Shown: positions 27,287 to 37,195 of the stretch, piece by piece
Numbering within the stretch: the first letter of the stretch is position 1
How the letters are laid out: each line of letters starts with the position of its first letter
Source of the DNA: Silvanigrellaceae bacterium
GTDB taxonomy: Bacteria; Bdellovibrionota_B; Oligoflexia; Silvanigrellales; Silvanigrellaceae
Length of the DNA stretch: 49,016 bases
NCBI GenBank assembly: GCA_049423385.1
Contig: JBMSQQ010000013.1
Coordinates: 1-49,016 of the forward strand
Direction of reading: 5' to 3'
Position numbers and translations under genes: made by a program
Notes under the pieces: model-generated
Seen by the model: only the letters and a program-made list of their open reading frames with translations
What the model was told of the DNA's origin: nothing
Database searches by the model: none

Positions 27287-29000
27287 ATTGTCCAAAGGCG
27301 GCACGCCTGCGCCGTCTCGTTCCTCGTCAATGACGACCCTCACACCCGACCAGGAGTGGGCTCAATTCTTGAATGCTCAATGCGGCGCGTTGGACCAGAT
27401 CAACGAGGTCCTTTCAGAGGCCACCGATGAAAGTCAGCAAAACATTCTCAACTCGGTGATGGAAGGATATGAACTCCTTCTCACCGATGAAATCATCATC
27501 GAGCACATCAAACAACTCGTCTACGATGAACATCTCGATTCAGCTTCAGCAATTGAAAAGGTTTTTTCCGATGCCGCCAGCAAGATTGCCGCGTCGGTTG
27601 ATGAGTATCTGCGAGAAAAAAGCACAGATATCGTTGCATGCAAAGAGTTTCTTGTGACCGCCATGACAAGCCGGGATCCACAAGAAAAATTTGCGCACCT
27701 GAAAGATAGAATTGTAGTCGTTGAATTGCCTACTCCGCAGGACATCATTTTGTTTCATCAGGCACGGGTTGCAGGAATCATCACCGAACAGGGTGCCGAA
27801 TTGAGTCATGCCGCGATACTGGCGAGAAGTCTGAATATTCCGACCTTGTTTGGGGTCAAGGGAATTCTCGACCATGGGGTGGAGGGTCAAATTGCAATCC
27901 TGGACACAGCCGAGGCAATTGTAGTTATCAATCCCAGCCGCGCGGAAGTGCGCAAGACTGAAGCCAGACGCGCCGTTGATCTCATGGTGAATCAAAAGCT
28001 CAAGGCAAAGGCGGGCTCAAGTGCGCGTACGCTGGATGGAGAAAAGATATCTGTTCTCGCGAATGCAGATGGTCCTGTCGACAGCAATGGAGTTTTGACT
28101 TCCGGGGCAGAAGGAATTGGATTGCTCAGAACCGAATTCCTTCATTTGAATTCTGCATCAATGCCAAGCGTGGAAGAGTCGACAGTGTTTTTCCGGATGA
28201 CAGCAGCTTCGCTGGCACCGCAACCCATCACGATTAGACTCCTGGATGCTGGCGGAGACAAACCGTATCCAAACGGGCATTCATACCCTCCCGGGCCCTA
28301 TGGGCTCAGAGGAATCCGCTTTCTGCTTGACGAAAAGACAGTCCTCGAAGCGCAACTTCAAGCCCTCATCAAAGCCAATTCAAAAGCGAACATCCGTATT
28401 CTTGTTCCGTTTGTGACCGACGTCGAGGAAATCAGAAGCGTGAAAAGAAAGGTCCAGCAAATCTGGAGTGATTTGCCTGCAGATGAACGGGCTGAACTTC
28501 AGATTCCACAAATTGGCGCGATGGTTGAAACTCCCTCGGCAGTCATGCTGCTTGACCATCTCTGCAGCGAGTGTGACTTTTTAAGCATCGGCTCAAACGA
28601 CCTGACGCAACATGTTCTTTGCCTTGAAAGAAGTGATCCGCATGCTGCTGTCCAATCGAGTTCTTTTCATCCAGCCGTGTTGAGGTCGCTCAAAATAATT
28701 TTCGACCAACAAAAGAACTCGGAAATTGCCATAAGCCTTTGTGGTGAACTGGCATCGGATCCGATTGCAACAGAACTCTTGATTGGACTTGGTTGCCGAA
28801 ATCTCTCGGCAAGAGGTTCTTCAATCCCGTTGCTCAAGGACATCATCCGAAACATCCACATCGGTGACGCAGAAAAGCTTTCACAAATTGTTTTAAGGAT
28901 GAATGGTGCTGAGGAGGTCAGACAATTTCTCGGAGAACGCTACCGCAGCAAATTCGATTACGAAACTGTTGCCGGAAGACGACACAATCAAGCCGGCTGA
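27222..29000 (+). CDS. ptsI: PEP-protein phosphotransferase (enzyme I), no GAF domain
   Basis: SHAAILARSLNIP (phospho-His), GIGLLRTEF, GAMVETP, SIGSNDLTQ, SLCGE; GGAGG SD before ATG 27222. Confidence 0.93.
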   Translation: MKASSRKTLLGVPICNGLVVAKLSKGGTPAPSRSSSMTTLTPDQEWAQFLNAQCGALDQINEVLSEATDESQQNILNSVMEGYELLLTDEIIIEHIKQLVYDEHLDSASAIEKVFSDAASKIAASVDEYLREKSTDIVACKEFLVTAMTSRDPQEKFAHLKDRIVVVELPTPQDIILFHQARVAGIITEQGAELSHAAILARSLNIPTLFGVKGILDHGVEGQIAILDTAEAIVVINPSRAEVRKTEARRAVDLMVNQKLKAKAGSSARTLDGEKISVLANADGPVDSNGVLTSGAEGIGLLRTEFLHLNSASMPSVEESTVFFRMTAASLAPQPITIRLLDAGGDKPYPNGHSYPPGPYGLRGIRFLLDEKTVLEAQLQALIKANSKANIRILVPFVTDVEEIRSVKRKVQQIWSDLPADERAELQIPQIGAMVETPSAVMLLDHLCSECDFLSIGSNDLTQHVLCLERSDPHAAVQSSSFHPAVLRSLKIIFDQQKNSEIAISLCGELASDPIATELLIGLGCRNLSARGSSIPLLKDIIRNIHIGDAEKLSQIVLRMNGAEEVRQFLGERYRSKFDYETVAGRRHNQAG

Positions 29001-29009
29001 ATTCAAAAT

Positions 29010-29744
29010 CTAAAAGTAAAAGAAATTTCTGACATGGTGATCACTCAAGAGTGGCCACCATACGGGCCCCATGGTGTTTGCCAGCATATGAAAAACAAGC
29101 GCCGAACGAGGAGATCCACTCGTCAGTGTCATGGCCGACGTCGCAAGACCCAACAAAAATGGTCCCGGTGAAAGTGGGATCTGTCCTGTTGAAAGTGCAT
29201 CGCTCCAGAGTGATACGAAATTGGAAGGCAATGGAACATGCATCAACCAAAACAACAGGGCGTTGATGTAGCAAACTTTAAGCCCATCCATCCAACCTGT
29301 TTTCTCGTGTGTCGCAGACGCTGCCCTTGCGCTTTTCATCTGCGCATTGAGCAACCAACCACGAAAAAAGAACTCCTCGGCGACAGGTGCAAGAAATATT
29401 GCCAACATGCCCGGGCCACTAAAAAACCAGCGACCCAGTTCGATCCGGGCGCGCAACCATTCTTGTGGATAGAAAAGCATCAACAGCAGAATTGGCAACA
29501 GTGCATATGCGAAACAGGCCAGTCCGGCCCAAGGTGACTTGGCTTTGCCCAATATGTTGAAGGCTCGGAGAGCATCTCCTCTCCGGTGAATCAACGGCAG
29601 CAAGACAAGGACCCCTGCAATCGCAAAATGCCCTGTCATTTCAGCACCCAAAAAGACTGAAATCGTTTTCACCAGCAGAAATGCGAGCACGTAAACAAAG
29701 GCCAGGCCAGTCAGAACTTGCATGAACGAAGCTGATTTATTCAT
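29010..29744 (-). CDS. CPBP/Abi (CAAX-like) intramembrane metalloprotease
   Basis: Multi-TM; PVAEEFFFRG, FWLMH, HMLAN motifs; start uncertain. Confidence 0.85.
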   Translation of the reverse strand: MNKSASFMQVLTGLAFVYVLAFLLVKTISVFLGAEMTGHFAIAGVLVLLPLIHRRGDALRAFNILGKAKSPWAGLACFAYALLPILLLMLFYPQEWLRARIELGRWFFSGPGMLAIFLAPVAEEFFFRGWLLNAQMKSARAASATHEKTGWMDGLKVCYINALLFWLMHVPLPSNFVSLWSDALSTGQIPLSPGPFLLGLATSAMTLTSGSPRSALVFHMLANTMGPVWWPLLSDHHVRNFFYF

Positions 29745-29852
29745 CCCAGGCCCCCACCCTTGCATTGACGATGACCGCCAATTTGAACTTCCGGCCACTC
29801 CGGGATAGGGTGCCGGCAGAAGGTCCTTGTACCACTTTGAGGAGTATGCCCG

Positions 29853-30185
29853 ATGTCAGACCTCGTCATGCATGTCACCGAGAAAAATTTTCAAACCGAA
29901 GTTTTGGAAAGCAACGTTCCTGTCCTGGTTGATTTTTGGGCAGACTGGTGCGGTCCCTGCGTTGCATTGGCTCCGACTCTCGAAGAAGTCGCTCAGGAAC
30001 GCCAAGGTAAAATCAAGGTCTGCAAAGTCAATGTTGAAGACGAGCCACAGCTCGCAGCGCAATTCAATATCCGCAATATTCCATTCCTTGCATTCATCAA
30101 AAATGGCCAAAAAGTCGGCGACCTGGTTGGAAATCATCCCAAGCAGACAATTCTCAAGGCCATCGACTCGATTGCCAATGGCTAA
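29853..30185 (+). CDS. trxA: Thioredoxin
   Basis: VLVDFWADWCGPC; GAGGAG SD. Confidence 0.97.
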   Translation: MSDLVMHVTEKNFQTEVLESNVPVLVDFWADWCGPCVALAPTLEEVAQERQGKIKVCKVNVEDEPQLAAQFNIRNIPFLAFIKNGQKVGDLVGNHPKQTILKAIDSIANG

Positions 30186-31116
30186 AAGTTCCACAACCGC
30201 AGCATCAAGCGGAAAAACCGAAATTCACAAAGCCGAGAGATTCTTGCTCTCGGCTTTACGACGTCATCCGCAGATCGGGAAAAGTGAAACTCTCCTCGAG
30301 ACGGCTTGTGAGACGGAGCACCGCGATTCGTTTATTTCAATCGACGAGGTTGGCAGAGGATGTGTTGCCGGGCCCGTGGTGGTGTGCGCGACGTTGTGGG
30401 TTCGCGAAAATATCAGTGACTCGTTCGCCAACTGGATTGCCGGACTTCGTGACAGCAAAAAAATGTCAGCTGCGCAACGCGAACAGGCATTTGAAAGAGC
30501 CCTGAAGGAACAATTCTTCACGATTCACGGAAACCACGAGCTGCCAGTGCCTGAAACATTCTCGACAGGCGACAAAATGCCTGAAAACAGCCCCAACAGG
30601 CTTCAGCTGCCTGCCCTCCAGTTCAAATGGACTGCCCAAAGTCTCCAGGATCAACTCTCGTCCGCGAGATGCAGTTCAAAGAAACCTCCAACGTCAAGTT
30701 ACATGATGCGCTCAGCACACATTGGCTGTGCAGACGCAACCGAAATTGATTTGATGGGAATCGTGACTGCCTTGAATCTTGCTGCCAGCAGAGCACTTGA
30801 AGGAATTCATATTAAAAAAATGCCGATGGCGCTGTTTTTCGATGGTCACAGACCTCTCTCAGTCCCGCAAGGCTGGGCTCACACACCACAAATCATGATC
30901 ACCAAGGGCGATGATCTGCTCAAGAGCATTTCGGCCAGCTCGGTTCTCGCGAAAGTTGTTCGCGACCGATGGATGGAAACATACGCCACGCACTTCCCGA
31001 TGTACCATTTCGAAGAACATCGTGGATACGGTACCGAAAAGCATCGGAATGCCCTTCTCAAGCATGGGTTTTCCCCTCTCCACCGCAAGTCCTTTCTCAA
31101 AAACATCTGTCCGTAA
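30178..31116 (+). CDS. rnhB: Ribonuclease HII with internal insertion
   Basis: IDEVGRGCVAGPV, DSKK, KGD...ISASSVLAKVVRD, GYGT..H, HRKSF; start ATG overlaps the trxA stop. Confidence 0.93.
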   Translation: MAKSSTTAASSGKTEIHKAERFLLSALRRHPQIGKSETLLETACETEHRDSFISIDEVGRGCVAGPVVVCATLWVRENISDSFANWIAGLRDSKKMSAAQREQAFERALKEQFFTIHGNHELPVPETFSTGDKMPENSPNRLQLPALQFKWTAQSLQDQLSSARCSSKKPPTSSYMMRSAHIGCADATEIDLMGIVTALNLAASRALEGIHIKKMPMALFFDGHRPLSVPQGWAHTPQIMITKGDDLLKSISASSVLAKVVRDRWMETYATHFPMYHFEEHRGYGTEKHRNALLKHGFSPLHRKSFLKNICP

Positions 31117-31362
31117 CGCCTGTCCTCCCGGCGTCACCGCTGGCGCAATTCCATGCCTTGTTTGAAATTGTTCGCTTTGCCGCACAGAATTCGGTAAAAT
31201 AAAGACTTTTTTCAAATTTTTTATACTTTCGAGGCAACAAACTCTTGCCCAGTTCACCCCGATTGACACCCGTTTCTCAAAAAAAACCATCAAATTCCGA
31301 ATCTAACGTAAAGGGGGGCGAAGGGCCTCCAATCGAACGGACAAATCCACTGGAGGTGTTTG

Positions 31363-31701
31363 ATGGCGAAATTTCCCGTCAAGCCGGCATCCGCCGAAAT
31401 CTCTTACGAGCTTTACGTCGAATTGTTGGATGAACTGCTGAATCCAATCGAGCATTCGCTCGACTTGAATGTTCGCTATGAATTGTACCTCAGCAAACTC
31501 GTCTATCTCGAAAATCTGCTCGAACAGTGTTTCAGAAGTGTGAACGGACAATCCAGAACTTCAAATGCAGGATTTTCGCAAAACGATTTGCAGAAGATTC
31601 AGGAGGCCATTGCCTCGACACATGACTTCATGAGGGAAACGATCCTCGAAGCTCTCGACTTGCGTTTGTCGCGCATTGGATTCCAAAGGCAATCGGTATG
31701 A
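31363..31701 (+). CDS. Hypothetical helical protein
   Basis: GGAGG SD; coupled to the next ORF by an ATGA overlap. Confidence 0.7.
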   Translation: MAKFPVKPASAEISYELYVELLDELLNPIEHSLDLNVRYELYLSKLVYLENLLEQCFRSVNGQSRTSNAGFSQNDLQKIQEAIASTHDFMRETILEALDLRLSRIGFQRQSV

Positions 31702-32207
31702 ACTTTTCGCTGCAGGAAATGGTCGATGCATTTGAAAGAACGTCGCTCGACGACAGGCTTTTCATTGTCATCAAATCGATGGAGGAGTTGGATGTCTGCA
31801 TCGAATTCAACCGCGATGATCAATTCCGTTGCTGGACTTTGTTTTTCAGGGAAGCGCGCGACGAATCTGCACAGAAATGCTCAAGAGCACACTTTGTTGA
31901 AATCGCCCGTGCATTCCAACTCGACGACACCACCCTTGCCAACGAGCTCGCGGGACATTTGCTGACACAAGCCGCATTTGCGGATCAATTTGTACGAGAG
32001 GTGCGCGAACTCCTCGGGGAAGACGCCGTCAGGGAAAGTATTGTGCGCACCCAATTGTTCATGGATGCACTCAAGGACGCGGTGTCCTCAGCCCTGGACA
32101 AGCCCACCCAACCTGTGACCTCCAAGCCTGTCCAGGAAAGAACGACTGAGACCCCGATTCCCGCACCTCAGCCCGGGATCAAGCTCAGGGTCATTAAAGG
32201 CTCCTAA
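31698..32207 (+). CDS. Hypothetical protein with Pro/Thr-rich linker and LRVIK tail
   Basis: 169-aa ORF, ATGA overlap with the upstream gene. Confidence 0.75.
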   Translation: MNFSLQEMVDAFERTSLDDRLFIVIKSMEELDVCIEFNRDDQFRCWTLFFREARDESAQKCSRAHFVEIARAFQLDDTTLANELAGHLLTQAAFADQFVREVRELLGEDAVRESIVRTQLFMDALKDAVSSALDKPTQPVTSKPVQERTTETPIPAPQPGIKLRVIKGS

Positions 32208-32321
32208 AAACATCCATAAAAACAGTAATTTATAAAGTACAGAAGGTGTTTGACCACCCTCGGAGCTGAAGCTATACCACCGCAGGCATGATCGCATCCG
32301 AGCTCAGCAAAGGTCACACTT

Positions 32322-33914
32322 ATGTTTGATATTGTTACACAAGGCTTTAAAGACGCATCCTTGAAATTCAAGGGACAAACCAGAATCACCGAGGACAACA
32401 TTGCTCCGGCTCTGGATACTGTCAGAAGAAGCCTTCTCGATGCAGATGTGGACTTCGGTGTCGTCAAATCGTTTCTCGAAAGTGTACGCAATTCCGCCCT
32501 GGGCTCGGTTGTTCACACGAAATCCAAAGCGGCAGACCTTAAAGTTTCGGCGGGCGATCACTTCATCAAGCTGTGCCACGATGAACTTCTCCAACTTCTT
32601 GGAGGCGAACAAGCCCGAATCATTCGCAACGAAAAAGGCCCCACTGTTATCATGCTTGTTGGATTGCAGGGCGCGGGCAAAACCACACACGCTGCGAAAC
32701 TCGCGCGTCTTTTGAAAGAAACACAAAAGATGCGTCCCCTCCTGGTTGCCGCCGATGTTTATCGCCCGGCTGCGCGAGAGCAATTGAAGGTTTTGGGCGA
32801 ACGCATCGATGTTCCGGTTTTCACGTTGGAGACAAACAACGCCGTCGAGATTGCGAGACGCGGTGTTGAATTCGCACGTCAGGAATGGCTGGACCTCGTC
32901 ATCATTGACACGGCTGGTCGCCTTGCAATCGACGATGCACTCATGTCTGAAATCGAGGACATCAAAACTGCGGTGACGCCTCAAAATGTGTTGCTGGTCA
33001 TCGATGCCATGATTGGCCAGGACGCGGTACGCACTGCAAGCGCATTCGACTCCCGGGTCAACATCACAGGCGTCGTGCTCACAAAACTTGACGGCGACAC
33101 ACGCGGAGGCGCTGCCCTTTCCATCAAGAAAGTCACCGGAAAAAATATCCTGTTCACAGGCGTTGGAGAATCGCTCGAACGACTTGAGGAGTTCCGCCCC
33201 GAGGGCATGGCGACCCGTATCCTTGGAATGGGTGATGTTGTTGGTCTGATGCAGGATTTCTCCAAGGCGATCGACGAAGAGGAAGCGGCCCGCAGCGCCA
33301 GCAGGATGATGGAAGGTCAGTTCAATTTTGACGACTTCCTTGGAATGCTGCAAAGCATTCAGAAAATGGGTCCACTCAAGGACATCATTTCAAAGACACC
33401 TCTCGCAGGACAGCTCAACTCTGGCGACCTCAGCAAGATTGACGATCGTGAAATGTTGCGCGTCGCAGCCATTGTCCACTCAATGACCCGTGCAGAAAGA
33501 ACGAACCCCAATCTGCTGTTGCCCAAAACTCCGGAAGGTCGTTCACGCCAATTGCGGATTGCACGCGGTTCCGGCCGTACCGAAAAAGACGTCAAGGACC
33601 TTGTCGAGAGATTCATGCAGATGAAGCAGATGATGGGACTTTTCAGCGGTGGACTGGGCGGCGGCCTGCTCGGAAAGATTCCGGGAATGGGCGGACTGAA
33701 TCAGCTTGCCAACATGGCCAAAATGATGAAAGGAGGCGGCCTTGGCGGCCTCGGTGGACTTGGCGGAATGCCCGGCATGCCTGGCGGAATGATGGGCGGC
33801 TTCCCGGGTGGTGGTCGCGCTGGAGGCTTGTCGACACAAGACCTGGCCGAAATCAACCGCCAAAGGAAAAAGAAAAAAGAAGAAAAAAAGGCGCGCGCCA
33901 AAGGCCGGCGTTAA
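32322..33914 (+). CDS. ffh: Signal recognition particle protein
   Basis: GLQGAGKTT, DTAGR, TKLDGDTRGGAALS, RILGMGD, SMTRAER, RIARGSG; Gly/Met-rich tail. Confidence 0.98.
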   Translation: MFDIVTQGFKDASLKFKGQTRITEDNIAPALDTVRRSLLDADVDFGVVKSFLESVRNSALGSVVHTKSKAADLKVSAGDHFIKLCHDELLQLLGGEQARIIRNEKGPTVIMLVGLQGAGKTTHAAKLARLLKETQKMRPLLVAADVYRPAAREQLKVLGERIDVPVFTLETNNAVEIARRGVEFARQEWLDLVIIDTAGRLAIDDALMSEIEDIKTAVTPQNVLLVIDAMIGQDAVRTASAFDSRVNITGVVLTKLDGDTRGGAALSIKKVTGKNILFTGVGESLERLEEFRPEGMATRILGMGDVVGLMQDFSKAIDEEEAARSASRMMEGQFNFDDFLGMLQSIQKMGPLKDIISKTPLAGQLNSGDLSKIDDREMLRVAAIVHSMTRAERTNPNLLLPKTPEGRSRQLRIARGSGRTEKDVKDLVERFMQMKQMMGLFSGGLGGGLLGKIPGMGGLNQLANMAKMMKGGGLGGLGGLGGMPGMPGGMMGGFPGGGRAGGLSTQDLAEINRQRKKKKEEKKARAKGRR

Positions 33915-33944
33915 TCCTCTGCTTCAAAAAAGGGAACCGACAAC

Positions 33945-35483
33945 ATGTTCTTCAAATTCGTTGTAGCACAGCATCTGGATGAAGGCGGAGCTGGAGGTGG
34001 TGAGAACCCCTTTGCGAAATACATGCCCAAACCACAGGTCAGCTATCCCGATGTTGGCAACGAAAATCAGGTTTGGCTCAAGAAGGTTTACGTTCAAACC
34101 TGGGGCTGCCAAATGAATGTGGCCGACACGGAACGAATGTTGGGACTCTTGGGAACCTGCAACTATCGGCCCACTGAAGCGTTGGAAGAAGCTGATTTGG
34201 TTCTGCTCAACACGTGCCACATCCGGGAAAAAGCCCGCCACAAACTCGTCAGTCGCTTGGGCGAGATTCGCCCACTGAAAAACAAAAATCCCGACCTCAT
34301 TCTTGCGGTCACAGGATGCGTTGCCCAGGCAGAAGCCAAGCAGCTCAGCAAAGAAGTTCCATTTGTCGATCTGATCATCGGCCCCGACCAAATTGAACAA
34401 CTTCCCAGCCTTCTCGAAGAAGTGGTCACAAAAGCGGAAGAGAAAAAAGAGCATCGCGCATTCGGCGTGCATCAACCTCTGGTGGAAGCAAATTTCATCA
34501 AGGATGGCGGATACTCGATCCCCATCGATGTTGTTCCTCCATACCTTGATGAAAACAAGAACGAGGTCAGCAAGTACGTAAACATCATCAAGGGCTGCAA
34601 CAACTACTGCACTTTCTGCGTCGTTCCCTACACCCGCGGCCGCGAGAAGAGCCGAAAGCTGGATGAGATTCTCGAGGAAGTTAAGTTTTACGTCGGCAGG
34701 GGCATCAAGGAAATCGTCCTGCTCGGCCAAAACGTGAATTCATACGGCCTCGACTTTCTTGAAAACCAACCTCCAACAGCAGCTCAATTGCCTCCAGACG
34801 TGCAGCTTCCTTTCTCGGAACTCCTATACAAGGTTTCAGAAATCGAGGGAGTTCAGCGCATTCGCTTCACCACCTCAAACCCGCATGACTTCACGCCCTC
34901 ATTGGCCAAAGCGTTTGCCGAATTGCCCAAAGTCTGCAACGCGTTCCACCTGCCGGTTCAAGCGGGCTCGAATCGCATCCTTGACCGCATGAATCGCCAA
35001 TACACGCGCGAGGAATATCTTGAGCGCGTCCAGTGGATCCGCAAAGTCCGCCCAGACGTCGCATTCAGCACCGACATCATCGTCGGATTCCCGGGCGAAA
35101 CAGAAGAGGAGTTCGAGGAAACTCTCGAACTCGTCCGGCAAATGAAATACTCATTTATTTATGCGTTTAAATATTCACCGCGAAAGGGAACACCTGCAAC
35201 GCGGTTTCGTGATCAGGTTCCCGAAGATGTCAAAGACACTCGTCTGCAAAAGCTCCTGGCATTGCAGCGGGCGGAGACCGAACGTCAGAACCTGGCCGAA
35301 GTTGGCTTGACGCGCGAAGTTCTCGTGCTTTACCGCAACAGCAAAGAAGTGCACAGTTGGTACGGACGCACCTACGAAGGAAGATTGGTCAAGGTTGCGT
35401 CACCACGAGACTTGCTCGGCAAGCTCGTACAGGTGAAAATCACGGGCGCCAACATCACTGCTCTTGAAGGTCATCCTGAATGA
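33945..35483 (+). CDS. miaB: tRNA-2-methylthio-N6-dimethylallyladenosine synthase
   Basis: TWGCQMN, NTCHIREKA, GCVAQ, radical SAM CNNYCTFC, TDIIVGFPGET, C-terminal TRAM domain. Confidence 0.97.
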   Translation: MFFKFVVAQHLDEGGAGGGENPFAKYMPKPQVSYPDVGNENQVWLKKVYVQTWGCQMNVADTERMLGLLGTCNYRPTEALEEADLVLLNTCHIREKARHKLVSRLGEIRPLKNKNPDLILAVTGCVAQAEAKQLSKEVPFVDLIIGPDQIEQLPSLLEEVVTKAEEKKEHRAFGVHQPLVEANFIKDGGYSIPIDVVPPYLDENKNEVSKYVNIIKGCNNYCTFCVVPYTRGREKSRKLDEILEEVKFYVGRGIKEIVLLGQNVNSYGLDFLENQPPTAAQLPPDVQLPFSELLYKVSEIEGVQRIRFTTSNPHDFTPSLAKAFAELPKVCNAFHLPVQAGSNRILDRMNRQYTREEYLERVQWIRKVRPDVAFSTDIIVGFPGETEEEFEETLELVRQMKYSFIYAFKYSPRKGTPATRFRDQVPEDVKDTRLQKLLALQRAETERQNLAEVGLTREVLVLYRNSKEVHSWYGRTYEGRLVKVASPRDLLGKLVQVKITGANITALEGHPE

Positions 35484-36447
35484 GCGATGCACTTCGGACA
35501 TTCGTGGACCGAATTTCAACAGACACCTTGAACAAAAAAATATCCCGGTTCACGAATTCATTCTCAGCAAAGACAAGGTCGCGATAGACACCCAGATCTT
35601 TCAAATCTGCAAAATCGCCCCGCTCCATTCACTGACCATCGAGGATTGCCTGAAAGGCAACCAACGCGCAAAATTCGAGCGCTTTCCCAATTATTTTTTT
35701 ATAGTTCTGCTCCATTTCAATCCGGATTCGGCAAACATCAACGAGATTCACATTGTGCTTCTGGATGGTTCCATCGTCTTGATTGCCGACGATTCTCCAC
35801 CGGAAGGCTGCAACAGCTGGCAGGAACAATTGAGAATTGATGACTCCCTGAGTTATTCGGATGTGGTTCACAGTATTTTCGACGCTTGCATCGACAGCGC
35901 AGAGACCCGCATGGCAAGGCTGGCCGATATCGTTGGGCAGGCCGAGGAACTGATTGTCAATGAACAGTTCAATCCCAAAATGATTCTGCTCCTCAAACAA
36001 CAGGCTCTCCGGTTTCAGCGCGCCATCAGCGGAACCTTTTCCGTTTTCCGCGAGTTTCTCGCTGTGGCTGATTTGACCTTGGAACAGGAAATTCTCTTTC
36101 GAAACATTCTCGATCATCAGGAACGCCTCAAATACGAACTCGACTTTTTCCACAGCGAGCTTGTTGCCCTGTTTGATGTCTATTGGGGTGCCACGAGCTT
36201 TTACACAAACGAGCAAATGAAGAAACTCACTGCTCTTGCAACCATTGTTGTTCCGCTTGCATTCGGGACGAGTTTCTTTGGAATGAATTTTGAGACCATG
36301 CCATACAAGGAGCCGTGGTTCTTTTATCTTGCACTCACACTCATGCTAGGAAGCATCGTTGCCGTCTTCTTCTATCTCAAGCGACGGGGGATCTTCAGAA
36401 GCAGGCAAACCCGTCTGAACAAGTCTCTTCTGGAGCTGCTCAAATAA
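35464..36447 (+). CDS. corA: CorA-family Mg/Co transporter (start uncertain)
   Basis: LHSLTIEDC, NEQMKKLT, FGMNF signature, two C-terminal TMs. Confidence 0.9.
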   Translation: MKVILNERCTSDIRGPNFNRHLEQKNIPVHEFILSKDKVAIDTQIFQICKIAPLHSLTIEDCLKGNQRAKFERFPNYFFIVLLHFNPDSANINEIHIVLLDGSIVLIADDSPPEGCNSWQEQLRIDDSLSYSDVVHSIFDACIDSAETRMARLADIVGQAEELIVNEQFNPKMILLLKQQALRFQRAISGTFSVFREFLAVADLTLEQEILFRNILDHQERLKYELDFFHSELVALFDVYWGATSFYTNEQMKKLTALATIVVPLAFGTSFFGMNFETMPYKEPWFFYLALTLMLGSIVAVFFYLKRRGIFRSRQTRLNKSLLELLK

Positions 36448-37044
36448 CGTCGGATCCTTGCGTTCGTAGCGAAGAAGAAATCTTGAAATCTGGGCCGGAT
36501 TGTCGCGCTGCTTGAGGGTGATAAGGCGGGCAAGGCGGGTTTCCTCGGCTGGCGTCAACACCTTTGCCTTCAATGCAAACGCATAGGCGCTCAAACGAAC
36601 CCAAAGCTTCGGATAGCGCAGGTACATCTTCAGGCGATTTGGATTGTAACCATTCTCAATCGGACTCCATCCCTCTATTTCGTTCAACGCGTCCAAGACC
36701 GCCTGACCACTCCGAACTCCATCGGGTCGTGCCCTGTTGATTCCCTCCTCCCACAAACTGTCTTCAACCATCTCATCCGTGAGAGCTTCAAGCTCAACTG
36801 GTGAGTCGCTGTTGGAGCCTGACACGTTGTCTGTTTGGCCATCCTTGTTTTTGTCCTTTTTTTTGCGGGGCAAATCGGCCTGACTTTCCGAACTTTCGGG
36901 ATTCATGACGCTGTCCCACATGCTGCGGAATTCCAAAAGAACAGAATCTCCTCCCTCGGGAAAAAACGATTGTGCGAGCAAAGCCAACGACGCGACAGCA
37001 GCGACAATCGCCACGGCCAGCTTTATGCCTTCATTCTTCTTCAT
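36346..37044 (-). CDS. Hypothetical membrane-anchored protein
   Basis: 232 aa, N-terminal hydrophobic helix, charged linker, helical C-terminus; fills the gap between corA and etfB. Confidence 0.65.
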   Translation of the reverse strand: MKKNEGIKLAVAIVAAVASLALLAQSFFPEGGDSVLLEFRSMWDSVMNPESSESQADLPRKKKDKNKDGQTDNVSGSNSDSPVELEALTDEMVEDSLWEEGINRARPDGVRSGQAVLDALNEIEGWSPIENGYNPNRLKMYLRYPKLWVRLSAYAFALKAKVLTPAEETRLARLITLKQRDNPAQISRFLLRYERKDPTLFEQLQKRLVQTGLPASEDPPSLEIEEDGNDAS

Positions 37045-37195
37045 TCCCGACCCCAGAACATTTGGTCATTTGCCGCACTTCAACGCAGTGGCTTATCGGC
37101 ATAAATCTGGCTTTTCCCACAGCATGATTTTTGACTGGGGTAGGAAATTATGTAGACTTCGGTGGTCAACGACATGGCCAAGATCGGAGGAACTT

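Noticed and set aside
29827..30177. Apparent long N-terminal extension of rnhB
   Set aside because: Alternative frame over trxA; ATG 30178 is the coupled start
33640..33830. GGC-rich quasi-repeats at the end of ffh
   Set aside because: Encode the Gly/Met-rich M-domain tail common in Ffh; not a repeat element
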